A DNA stretch of 32,000 bases from an uncultured Actinomycetes bacterium (GCA_963843975.1 CAWJMG010000003.1:1260001-1292000), one strand, 5' to 3'; positions 17,476 to 25,403 are shown, numbered from the stretch's first letter. Notes: generated by a model from the letters alone, not told the origin. Made by a program: numbers and translations.

Positions 17476-17739
17476 CTCTCCCCCTTTCACCAGCTGCCGC
17501 CCGAGTCGACCCGGGCCACCGAACGTCTCGACTACCGGACACTGCAATCCGCCTGAACGCGAGATGAACGGAGAGGCAATCCCTGCTGTCCACCATGCGT
17601 CCGGACGGGTTCTCCGTCGTCACGCTCATGGATACCTCAGCACCGTTTCGTGCAGGTTGCTTCCACCGAACGGCTGAAGGTTTCGGCCCACGCGGGCGGA
17701 CATCACCCGTATGGGTGAACGACCACGACGATCGGTGAG

Positions 17740-19287
17740 TTACACCGACGACCGAGCACCCGCTTGGACCCCGCGAGGCTCCGACGCGACCGGTACCCGG
17801 TCGCCCCGCCGGAGGTCCTCGGAGCCGATCGCAGCCGCCAGGAGGCCCCAGACCACCCACATCGGCTGCGGCATGCCGCTGGCGGTGAAGTAGGGGAAGA
17901 AGAAGTTGATCACCGGGGTGATCGCGGCGATGCCCATGACGGTGGCGGCGATCGCGATCTCCGGCGAGGAGTCCGCGGAGAGCAGCCGGCGACGGGCGGC
18001 GCGCCACGACAGGTAGACCACGACCCCGCCGATCACGAGGAACGGGATCCCGCCCCGGAGCAGCAGCGTGATGTAGCCCGACTCGGTGTGGTCCCAGCTG
18101 ATGCCCGGCGGGTCGGCCGGCCCGTAGCCCGTGACCCACATCCCCGACAGCGCGGGCAGGTACTGGTCGCTCCAGACGATCCAGCGGTACAGCACCGTCT
18201 GCGGGATGATCGAGTCGCCCGCCATCGGCGTCGCACGCGTCGCGGTGGTCTGCTCAGCGATGCGGCCGACGACCAGCGGGAAGAAGGCGATGAGCCCGAC
18301 GGCTCCGCCCACGACGAGCCAGGTGAGCACCAGCTTCAGCCGCTTCATCGCCCAGCCGACCACCAGCACCCCGAGGACGAGGCCGGCGAGGATCGTGGCG
18401 GTCAGGGTGAACACCAGCGAGATGCAGGCGATGCCGAGGATTCCGAGGAGCCAGAGCGTCGGCAGGACCGTGGTGTCGCGCTTGAGCAGGAGCGCGACGG
18501 CGAGGAGCGCGATCACGACGAGGTAGCCGCCGAGCGGGTGCCACATCGGGAAGACGCTCGTCGCACGCATGACCGGGTCGTAGCCCGGCGTGATGAAGAT
18601 GCCTGTGCCGGAGAGGCTGACCGCGAGGTTCTGGAAGAACGCCGGGCCGACCATCTGCGCGATCGCCAGGAGGCTCACGGGGATGCTTGCGAGCAGCAGC
18701 GCACGCAGGGCCACGACGCGCAGCGCGCGGGTCGGGAAGGCCGAGGCCACGACGCGGTAGAGCAGGAGGAACTGGATCGGGCCGAGCATCGTGGTGACGT
18801 CGTCCGCCGTGATGATCGACTGCTGCAGCGCGGAGTTCAGGATGCCGAACACCGCGGTGCCGAAGCAGTACGCGAGCGCGGCCCAGTCCCAGGCGCGCCA
18901 GCGCGGCCCGGGCAGGTAGCGGGCCGCGAAGCCCAGCACGACGATCGCCGCGAAGACGGTGAGGAGCTCGGAGAACTTCAGCTGCGGCACCGGCAGCCCG
19001 CGGCGCAGGCCCGACGTGACCGGGACCAGCGCCACCGCGATCAGCGCGAGCAGGATGGGCCGCTGGGCGAGGTAGAGCCCCAGGCCGACGCCGAGCACGA
19101 CTGCGACGCCCACGATCGGCAGCCGCGCGGCGAACAGGCCGGCGACCGCCGTCGCACCGATCGCACCGAGCACGATCGCCCACGCCGGCAGCGGCACGAC
19201 GTCCATCACCCGCAGCGTGCGCACCGACCGGACCGGCCCCGGTGCGGGGAATGCAGCGGCGGGCGCGTGCACGGGCGCGAGGGTCAC
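17740..19287 (-). CDS. Wzy-like O-antigen polymerase/ligase-family multi-pass membrane protein
   Basis: At least 10 hydrophobic spans and a larger loop near the C-terminal third. The position in the locus fits this role. The GTG start at 19287 overlaps the upstream stop (GTGA at 19284-19287); an alternative start is ATG 19206. The stop is TAA, which is rare here. Family assignment is by architecture and context only. Confidence 0.6.
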   Translation of the reverse strand: MTLAPVHAPAAAFPAPGPVRSVRTLRVMDVVPLPAWAIVLGAIGATAVAGLFAARLPIVGVAVVLGVGLGLYLAQRPILLALIAVALVPVTSGLRRGLPVPQLKFSELLTVFAAIVVLGFAARYLPGPRWRAWDWAALAYCFGTAVFGILNSALQQSIITADDVTTMLGPIQFLLLYRVVASAFPTRALRVVALRALLLASIPVSLLAIAQMVGPAFFQNLAVSLSGTGIFITPGYDPVMRATSVFPMWHPLGGYLVVIALLAVALLLKRDTTVLPTLWLLGILGIACISLVFTLTATILAGLVLGVLVVGWAMKRLKLVLTWLVVGGAVGLIAFFPLVVGRIAEQTTATRATPMAGDSIIPQTVLYRWIVWSDQYLPALSGMWVTGYGPADPPGISWDHTESGYITLLLRGGIPFLVIGGVVVYLSWRAARRRLLSADSSPEIAIAATVMGIAAITPVINFFFPYFTASGMPQPMWVVWGLLAAAIGSEDLRRGDRVPVASEPRGVQAGARSSV

Positions 19288-20429
19288 GCCTTGCCCTCCA
19301 GGCGGTTCGCGATGCTGACGGTGGCGGGCGCCGGCGCGGTGGCCGGTGCGTGAGAGCGGTGCTTGGGTGCGAGCAGGCCCCACACCACCACGACGCCGTA
19401 CTCCCCCAGCCGGACGAGCGACTCGCGGACGACGGCCATGCGCGTGCCTTCGCGGACGACGACGACGACCAGGTCGCTGGTCTGGGTGCGGAGCTCGGCG
19501 CCCTCGCCGGTGCCGGGGGCACCGACTGCGACGAGACCGATGTCGCCCGACGTCCCGGCGTCGTCGGCGCGGGCCACGGCCTGCGACGCGTTCGGCGTGG
19601 TGGACCCAGCGCTGCGGGCCGACGCGGCAGGGTCCGGGCCGAGGCTCGCCAGGAGGTCCTTGACGTCGTCGCGGGACATCGGAGCGGTGGCCACGACGGC
19701 GACCTCGGGCGCCTCGACGCCCGAGAGCGACCGCCAGCGGTACGCGAGAGCGCGCGCCTCGGCGGGCGTCACGGTGCCCCAGTCGGTGGCGGGGGTGCCG
19801 AGGAGATCGGCGAGGTCGTCGGCCGTGTCGACGCGACGGTCGGAACGCTCGAGCGCGAAGGCGGCCAGCAGGCCCACCAGCAGGCCGAGGAGGCCGCCGA
19901 TGAACAGGGCCGACGAGCTGGACTCGCCCACGCGGACGGCGGCGTCAGGCACCGTGACGAGCTTCAGGCCGTCCTTGACGATCTGGCCGGGCGGGATCGG
20001 CCGCGTGACCGTGGTGGCGACCGCTGCCGCGGAGTCGACCGCCACCAGCGCCTTCTTGGCCACGACGTCGATGCGGACGAGCGCCGTTCCGGGGTCGCTC
20101 GTGACGGTGAGGCTCTCCCGCAGGTCCTTGGGCGCCACCCCCGCCTTCGCAGCGGCCGCGGCGATCACGGCGTCGTCGAGCGGGATGAGCGTGGCGTAGT
20201 TGGTGGCGGACTTCGCGGCGGCGTCGGGCGAGCCCGGCGGCAGCCCGCCCGGCGCGACCGCGGGAGCGATGACGACGGCCTCGGCCTGGTAGAGCGCCGG
20301 GGTGCGCGAGGACACGAGGAAGGCCACGCCCACTCCCACCACGACGCAGAGCAGGACGATGTACCAACGACGCTGCATCGGCTTGCGCCAGCGTCGGAGA
20401 CCACGGAAGCGGCCGGTGGTCGAGGTCAT
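19284..20429 (-). CDS. Wzz/polysaccharide co-polymerase-like protein with a degenerate BY-kinase-like C-terminal domain
   Basis: ATG 20429 is preceded by GGAGG and overlaps the upstream stop (ATGA at 20426-20429). TM1 is WYIVLLCVVVGVGVAFLV, followed by YQAEAVV, an extracytoplasmic stretch of about 160 aa, and TM2 ALFIGGLLGLLVGLLAAFAL. The C-terminal region resembles tyrosine-kinase partner domains (DLVVVVVREGTR) but has no GK[ST] Walker A. Confidence 0.65.
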   Translation of the reverse strand: MTSTTGRFRGLRRWRKPMQRRWYIVLLCVVVGVGVAFLVSSRTPALYQAEAVVIAPAVAPGGLPPGSPDAAAKSATNYATLIPLDDAVIAAAAAKAGVAPKDLRESLTVTSDPGTALVRIDVVAKKALVAVDSAAAVATTVTRPIPPGQIVKDGLKLVTVPDAAVRVGESSSSALFIGGLLGLLVGLLAAFALERSDRRVDTADDLADLLGTPATDWGTVTPAEARALAYRWRSLSGVEAPEVAVVATAPMSRDDVKDLLASLGPDPAASARSAGSTTPNASQAVARADDAGTSGDIGLVAVGAPGTGEGAELRTQTSDLVVVVVREGTRMAVVRESLVRLGEYGVVVVWGLLAPKHRSHAPATAPAPATVSIANRLEGKA

Positions 20430-21487
20430 GGGCGTCGTGCCTCCGTTGCTGGCTCGGCGTCGGACGCCGGGTCGTCGTGCAGGTCTCGCGCTCGCGCGGG
20501 TGCGTCGAGGTCGAGCATCGCGAGCAGCGCCTGCCGTTGATTGTCCCAGCGTCGTTGCTGGCGCGCGCGCACGGTGTCGAGGTCGTGCACGAGCCGGTCG
20601 TGGTCCCGTACGGCGAGGCTGAGCGCCTCGGCGATGCCCGCGCGGTCGTTCGCGCAGCACACCGCCTCGGGGAACAGCTCCCGCATGGTCAGAGTGTCGC
20701 TCATGACGAGCACCCGACGCGCGTAGCCGGCCTCATATGCAGCACGCATCACGGAGGTCGGCTCGGTGGTCAGGGCGAGCAGGATGTCGCAGGCGTCGAC
20801 CTCGGCGGCGTACGCGGCCTGGTCGAGCCAGCCCGTGAGGCGGACGTTCGGCGGAAGGTCGTCGAGCAGGCCGTCGCCCGCCTTGCGCGGATCGCCGGTG
20901 ACGACGACGTCGACGTCGGGGAGATCGCGCGCGGCACCGATCACCTCGGCCACCGGCTCGTCGGAGGCGAAGACGCACGAGAAGAGCACCTGCGGGCGGC
21001 GGGCGTCCAGCGGCCGTGCGGGCGAGGTGGACCAGTGCGGCGGCGCCTCGTGGAGGACCAGCGGTGTCCCGCCCCACGAGCGCACGACGTCTGCCCACGA
21101 GTCGGTGGTCACGAGGACCCCGTCGGCCAGGCGGGCGAGGCGCTGAGTGACCTTGAGCATCTTCTGCGCCTGCGCGTTGTCCTTGGCGCCGAAGGATGCC
21201 GGGTGGCTGTCGAGGACGAAGCGGGCACGCGTGAGCCTGGCCCAGCCGAGGCCGATCAGGCCCGGGTAGACCGGAGGGTTCTGCACCACGACCGCGCGGG
21301 GGCGGCTGCGGACGAGACGTCCCACGGTGACGAGCGCGCTGGCGGCGTACCGCACCGGCGTCAGCCGACGCTCGGCGAGCCGCTTCGGGTAGATCGTGAC
21401 GGCCTCGCCGTCGAGGTCCGCCGCCAGGTCGCGGGCACGACCGGCGGTGGGTGCCCAGGCGAGGAACTGAACGCGGGCGCGGCTCAT
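20426..21487 (-). CDS. Glycosyltransferase (GT-B fold, GT4-like)
   Basis: 353 aa. ATG 21487 overlaps the upstream stop (ATGA at 21484-21487). It has a two-Rossmann-like layout with the C-terminal block ILLALTTEPTSVMRAAYEAGYARRVLVMSD. Family assignment has moderate support only. Confidence 0.6.
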   Translation of the reverse strand: MSRARVQFLAWAPTAGRARDLAADLDGEAVTIYPKRLAERRLTPVRYAASALVTVGRLVRSRPRAVVVQNPPVYPGLIGLGWARLTRARFVLDSHPASFGAKDNAQAQKMLKVTQRLARLADGVLVTTDSWADVVRSWGGTPLVLHEAPPHWSTSPARPLDARRPQVLFSCVFASDEPVAEVIGAARDLPDVDVVVTGDPRKAGDGLLDDLPPNVRLTGWLDQAAYAAEVDACDILLALTTEPTSVMRAAYEAGYARRVLVMSDTLTMRELFPEAVCCANDRAGIAEALSLAVRDHDRLVHDLDTVRARQQRRWDNQRQALLAMLDLDAPARARDLHDDPASDAEPATEARRP

Positions 21488-22440
21488 GCGGCACCGTCCC
21501 GGAGCAGCTGGAACACGGGCGGGTCAGGAACGGGTTCGACCGTGCGGGCCATGGCCGCGCTCAGCACCGCGGCGTCGAGGTCGTCGACCTCGCACGCGAT
21601 GGCCACGCCGCGGCGGTCGAGCTCGGCCGCGATCTGCACCTGGTGGTCGTCGACGTGCTCGCCGTACGCGAGCCGGCGCGGCAGCAGGACCGCGCACTTG
21701 CCCTCGGCCATCGCGAGGAGCCCCGAACCCGTGCCGGAGTGGCCCACCACGAGGTCGGCCTCGCGGACCGCGGCGGACAGGTCGGCCGAGGGCACGCTGT
21801 GCTTGCCGTCCACGGGCAGGCCGCTGATGTCGGTGTCGCCGGTCTGCCACAGCACCTCGGCGTCCGCGGGCAGCACCGCGAGGAGCTTCTCGACCGCCCG
21901 GCGGAAGCCGTACGGCGAGATGGTGCCGAGCGTGACGACGACGGACCGGGGAACCGTGGGCGCGCCGACGCGGGCCGGGCCGGGGCGGAAGGCGTCGAGG
22001 ATCGAGCCGGAGTAGTGCCAGCGCCCGCCGGCCCAGGCCGGGTACTGCGAGTACGTGTTGACGCCGGGGATGCGCGAGACGATCTTGCCCGACAGCGAGG
22101 GGCCGTCCGCCCTGGCGGCGCTCTCGACGTAGTGGCACGTGATGCCGCGGGCGCGCGCGGGGACCATGAAGGACACCGCGACGCTGGCGCCGGTCGACAC
22201 GACCCGGTCGTACGTGCCCGTCTTGAGCAGGTCGTTGGCGGTGCGGCCGATCGTCACCGCGACCGCGAGGTCGCGCGGGGCGGCGTACGGCACGTAGACG
22301 ACGTCCTCCCCGGCGAGCAGCGACCGCGACTGCGGCGTGTCGAAGGTGACCCAGGTGACGTCGCCGATGGGCAGGCGGGGGCGCAGGGTCCACATCTGCT
22401 GGAGGTGGCCGCCTCCCGAGCAGACGAGCAAGGTGGTCAT
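21484..22440 (-). CDS. Fused Alg14-like + Alg13-like (Glyco_tran_28_C) glycosyltransferase
   Basis: The N-terminal LLVCSGGGHLQQM matches the Alg14/PssD-like motif. The C-terminal half (VVVTLGT...VVGHSGTGSGLLAMAEGK...DDHQVQIAAEL) matches the Alg13/PssE-like half. ATG 22440 overlaps the upstream stop (ATGA at 22437-22440). Confidence 0.7.
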   Translation of the reverse strand: MTTLLVCSGGGHLQQMWTLRPRLPIGDVTWVTFDTPQSRSLLAGEDVVYVPYAAPRDLAVAVTIGRTANDLLKTGTYDRVVSTGASVAVSFMVPARARGITCHYVESAARADGPSLSGKIVSRIPGVNTYSQYPAWAGGRWHYSGSILDAFRPGPARVGAPTVPRSVVVTLGTISPYGFRRAVEKLLAVLPADAEVLWQTGDTDISGLPVDGKHSVPSADLSAAVREADLVVGHSGTGSGLLAMAEGKCAVLLPRRLAYGEHVDDHQVQIAAELDRRGVAIACEVDDLDAAVLSAAMARTVEPVPDPPVFQLLRDGAA

Positions 22441-23498
22441 GAGGCGGCCTTCTGGTAGCCGGGCGAGGAGTAGCCGACGCCGGGCGTGCCCTCGGGGAGC
22501 TTCGCACCGTCGGCGGTGGTGGCCAGGCGCACGCCGCCCTCCCAGACGCCGAACGGCCGCAGCATCCCCTCGAGGTCGCTGCGCTGGTCTACGAGGACGA
22601 TGTCCTGCGCGGTGAGGTACGGCGCGGTGTCGTCAGCCCACAGGAGGTAGGCCGCGCCACCGTTCTCACCGCCGGGGTTGCCGGTGATCACGATGCGGCG
22701 CAGGTCGAACGAGTCCGGGGGCGTGTCGAGGAACTGCTGCGGCAGCAGGAAGAAGCCCTGGTACTGCGTGGCACCCGTCAGGCCGTCGATGCGGAGCGTC
22801 GACGGCCCCGCCCACGTCTGGAGGATGTCTGCGTGGTGGCCGTCGCGCGAGCCGTGCACCTCGTCGACGGCGATGTTCTGCAGGACGACGGTGGCACCCA
22901 TGCTCTGGTCGAGGTCGATGCCCTCGGCGAGGTCGGTGCCGGAGATGCGCACGCCCTCGATGTGGATCGTCCCGGTCTGGTTCTTGAGCAGCAGTCCCGT
23001 CCGGTCACGGGACTCCGGCGCCTCGGACTTCGGAGGCACAGCGATCTCTCCACCGATGATGACGACGTTGTGGCCGCCCTCGATGCGGACGCCGCCCGCG
23101 ACCACGAGCGGAGAGGCCGGCAGCGTCACGATGTAGTCGCGGTCCGGGCTCAGCTCGACCTTGTTCGAGGTGGCCGTGACGGTCACGGTGAGCGGGTCCT
23201 TGAGCGTCGGGGGCGCCCAGGTGAGCCGGTCGGCCTCGGCTGCGGTGCTCGTCGGCGTCGGTAGCGCGGGCCCGGCGGCGGGCTTGCCTGCCGCACGAAC
23301 CGCGAGGACGGCGGCGACGGCGGCGACGAGGAGGACGAGGGCGGCCACGGCGACGACCGCCCGACGCGGCGCGCGCGGGGCCGCCGGAGGAACGGACGGC
23401 TGCGAGCGCTCCTCGGTGGACGACGTGCGCACCGTCACCCCCAGATCGTCGAGCATGGACACCACCAGCCTAGGTGAGCGGTGACGGATAGTCGTCAT
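22437..23498 (-). CDS. Membrane-anchored protein with unassigned extracytoplasmic domain (paralogue 1)
   Basis: A single TM, RRAVVAVAALVLLVAAVAAVLAV, is followed by a domain of about 260 aa homologous to the C-terminus of the next gene upstream. The start is uncertain: ATG 23498 is chosen, with alternatives GTG 23564 and ATG 23456. None has a strong RBS. Confidence 0.6.
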   Translation of the reverse strand: MTTIRHRSPRLVVSMLDDLGVTVRTSSTEERSQPSVPPAAPRAPRRAVVAVAALVLLVAAVAAVLAVRAAGKPAAGPALPTPTSTAAEADRLTWAPPTLKDPLTVTVTATSNKVELSPDRDYIVTLPASPLVVAGGVRIEGGHNVVIIGGEIAVPPKSEAPESRDRTGLLLKNQTGTIHIEGVRISGTDLAEGIDLDQSMGATVVLQNIAVDEVHGSRDGHHADILQTWAGPSTLRIDGLTGATQYQGFFLLPQQFLDTPPDSFDLRRIVITGNPGGENGGAAYLLWADDTAPYLTAQDIVLVDQRSDLEGMLRPFGVWEGGVRLATTADGAKLPEGTPGVGYSSPGYQKAAS

Positions 23499-23579
23499 CG
23501 CGCCGCCGTATCTACCTGTTCGGCCTACCGCGGTCGCACGACCCGCGTCCCGGGTCGTCACCACCGGTCACGCAGAGCA

Positions 23580-23616
23580 ACGAACGGCCGACCCCGGGAC
23601 GACGAACGGCCGACCC
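23580..23616. promoter_or_regulatory. Perfect 15-nt direct repeat with 22-bp periodicity upstream of the 23498->17740 operon
   Basis: ACGAACGGCCGACCC occurs at 23580-23594 and again at 23602-23616. An adjacent inverted repeat, CCAGG-TT-CCTGG, lies at 23618-23629. The repeats sit between the terminator hairpin of the upstream gene and the next start codon. Confidence 0.3.
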
Positions 23617-23636
23617 GCCAGGTTCCTGGACGCGCG

Positions 23637-23667
23637 CCGGCCCCGCCCTCAGCGAGGACGGGGCCGG
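23637..23667 (-). terminator. Terminator hairpin after the malectin-domain gene
   Basis: Minus-strand CCGGCCCCGUCCUC-GCU-GAGGGCGGGGCCGG forms a 14-bp stem with one U-G wobble. On the opposite strand that position would be a C-A mismatch, so the hairpin favours the minus-strand transcript. It lies 20 nt downstream of the stop at 23687. Confidence 0.6.
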
Positions 23668-23686
23668 TGCGATGGTGCAGGTGCGG

Positions 23687-25273
23687 TCAGCCCACGTAGC
23701 CGGGGCTCGTGTAGCCGGTGCCCGCCGAGGCTGCGAAGTCGACCGGGGCGCGGCCCTTGGTGACGTTCGGCCAGTCGCTTGCGGAGTTCCAGTTGCCGAG
23801 GCCGCCGGAGGTGAACACGTTGTAGGTCGCGATGCCCTGCGGCGGGCGGACCCGCCAGAGGATGTACTTCGCGGACGCGTTGCCGACGAGCTCGACGTTC
23901 TTGAGGACCCAGTTCTCGGTGACCGCAGAGGCCGTCGAGGTGTCGTGCGGGTTGAGGAACATGCCCTGGTAGCCCGTGGTGGCGGTGAAGCCGTCGACCA
24001 GGAGGGTCTCAGGACCGTTCCAGGCCTGGAGGGCGTCAGCGTGGTTGTACGCCTGGGTGCCGGTGAGGACGGTGTCGATCGACACGTTCTGGATCTGCAC
24101 GGTGGCGAGCGGCGCGCTGATGTTGATGCCCTCGGAGAGGCTGCCCGAGGAGGAGATGAAGCGCACGCCCTCGAGGTGGACCGTGCCGGTCTGCGAGAGG
24201 AAGTACGCCGCGCGCTTGACCATGCCGTCCGCGGGGACGCCAGGACCGGTGCCCGAGCTGTACCAGCCGCCGGCCACGTCGACGGTGCCGCCGACGATGA
24301 CGACGTTGCGGCCGCCCACGATCTCGAGCCCGTGGGTGTTGGTGTACACCGCGCCGGCCGGGAGCTTCAGGATGTAGTCGGTGCCGGCCGAGAGCGAGAT
24401 CTTGCCGTCAGGACGGCTGGCCAGGTCGATGGTCACCGGGTTGGTGAGGGCCGGCGGTGCCCAGGACAGCGGACCGGCCTGCGTCGGGTTGGTGCTGGCC
24501 GGCGGCGGGGTCGTGGTGACCGGGGCCGGGGTCGTGGTCACGGGCGCGGGGGTCGTGGTGACCGGGGCCGGGGTCGTGGTCACGGGTGCCGGGGTCGTGG
24601 TGACCGGGGCCGGGGTCGTGGTCGCAGGTGCCGGGGTCGTGGTGACCGGCGCGGGGGCGACGGTGACGTCGACGGGGTCGATCCGGAGTCCGGAGACCAT
24701 CGCGTAGTCCTTGCTCGCCTTGAACGCGAGCGACAGGGCGCCGTCCTTGACCGTGACGACCGCGGAGCGGGTGAGCTCCTTGTCGTGGCCGGCGACGGCG
24801 TACACGTCGAGGTTCGAGAAGACGCTGACGCCCTCGGCGGTCGCGCTGAAGATGCGCTTGCCCTTCGCCTTCCAGTAGGTCTCGGCCATCACGAAGGTGA
24901 CCTTGTAGGTGCCGTTCGCGACCGGGACCTTGTAGGCGCTCATGCCGTAGCGGTAGTTGCGCACGACGCCTGCGTCGTCCGAGCTGGACACCGAGTCGGA
25001 GGTCTTGCCGATCTTGCCGCCGGTGAAGCCGGTGTCGGCGGACCAGACCGTGCCGTCGCTGGAGGCGATGCCGGCACCGCCGGAGTCGATGTTCAGGGAC
25101 GGGACGGCGGCGTCGCCGGCGCTGGCGCCGAACACGGACGTGAGGCCGGCCGCGACGAGAGCGGCAGCGACGCCCGCGGCGGTGAGGGAGCGGGGGGAGG
25201 CCGAGACGCGACGGGTGCCGGCAGCGGTGCGCCGCGGCTGCTCCGTGTGACGCCCGGAGGACGAAGTGCTCAT
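23687..25273 (-). CDS. Secreted protein: malectin-like carbohydrate-binding domain + (PAPVTTT)x7 linker + unassigned domain (paralogue 2)
   Basis: ATG 25273 is preceded by AGGAG. The signal region is ...TRRVSASPRSLTAAGVAAALVAAGLTSVFGASA. The malectin-like block is YRYGMSAYKVPVANGTYKVTFVMAETYWKAKGKRIF...LDVYAVAG. The C-terminal domain shares LxWAPP, DYIxxLPA, GGxNVVIxGG, QTGTxHxEGVR, EGI, HADxLQxWxGP, YQGxFL and GYxSPGY with the 22437..23498 product. Confidence 0.8.
   Translation of the reverse strand: MSTSSSGRHTEQPRRTAAGTRRVSASPRSLTAAGVAAALVAAGLTSVFGASAGDAAVPSLNIDSGGAGIASSDGTVWSADTGFTGGKIGKTSDSVSSSDDAGVVRNYRYGMSAYKVPVANGTYKVTFVMAETYWKAKGKRIFSATAEGVSVFSNLDVYAVAGHDKELTRSAVVTVKDGALSLAFKASKDYAMVSGLRIDPVDVTVAPAPVTTTPAPATTTPAPVTTTPAPVTTTPAPVTTTPAPVTTTPAPVTTTPPPASTNPTQAGPLSWAPPALTNPVTIDLASRPDGKISLSAGTDYILKLPAGAVYTNTHGLEIVGGRNVVIVGGTVDVAGGWYSSGTGPGVPADGMVKRAAYFLSQTGTVHLEGVRFISSSGSLSEGINISAPLATVQIQNVSIDTVLTGTQAYNHADALQAWNGPETLLVDGFTATTGYQGMFLNPHDTSTASAVTENWVLKNVELVGNASAKYILWRVRPPQGIATYNVFTSGGLGNWNSASDWPNVTKGRAPVDFAASAGTGYTSPGYVG
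24509..24655 (-). repeat. Seven tandem 21-bp units (alternating as 42-bp units) encoding PAP[VA]TTT
   Basis: The + strand reads ggggtcgtggtgaccggggcc / ggggtcgtggtcacgggcgcg and so on. The units are in frame within the CDS and encode a Pro/Thr linker. Confidence 0.9.
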
Positions 25274-25403
25274 GATGATGTGCTCCTGTCGTCGGCACTG
25301 ACGGCTGTGAGGGGCCGCCTTGCGGAAGTGCGCGAACAGTTGGGGTTTCGGGACTGCGAGAGCCCGGCTTGACCCTTCGGGGCGCTGCTGGGCCATGTGG
25401 GTT

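Noticed and set aside
17476-17739. c-di-GMP riboswitch upstream of the priming glycosyltransferase
   Set aside because: The nearby EAL regulator prompted this idea. I saw no GEMM-like conserved segments (ACGCAAAGC / GGCAAACC-type), only short generic stems.
17375-18139. 254-aa minus-strand ORF and a putative small upstream ORF (MSVTTENPSGR...) in the gap before the priming transferase
   Set aside because: It runs out of frame into the transferase gene and is Arg/Gly-rich. It has no RBS or recognisable motif.
17520-23616. Recurring (C/T)GAACGG hexamer/heptamer in two promoter-like gaps (17520, 17554, 17565, 17667, 23582, 23604) as a shared regulator motif
   Set aside because: The motif is too short. 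Chance occurrences of such a hexamer are expected many times in 32 kb, and it also occurs inside coding regions. Only the full 15-nt direct repeat at 23580-23616 is reported.
24509-24655. Possible CRISPR-like or non-coding satellite repeat
   Set aside because: The units are contiguous with no spacers, in frame, and translate to a PAPVTTT linker inside a well-supported CDS.
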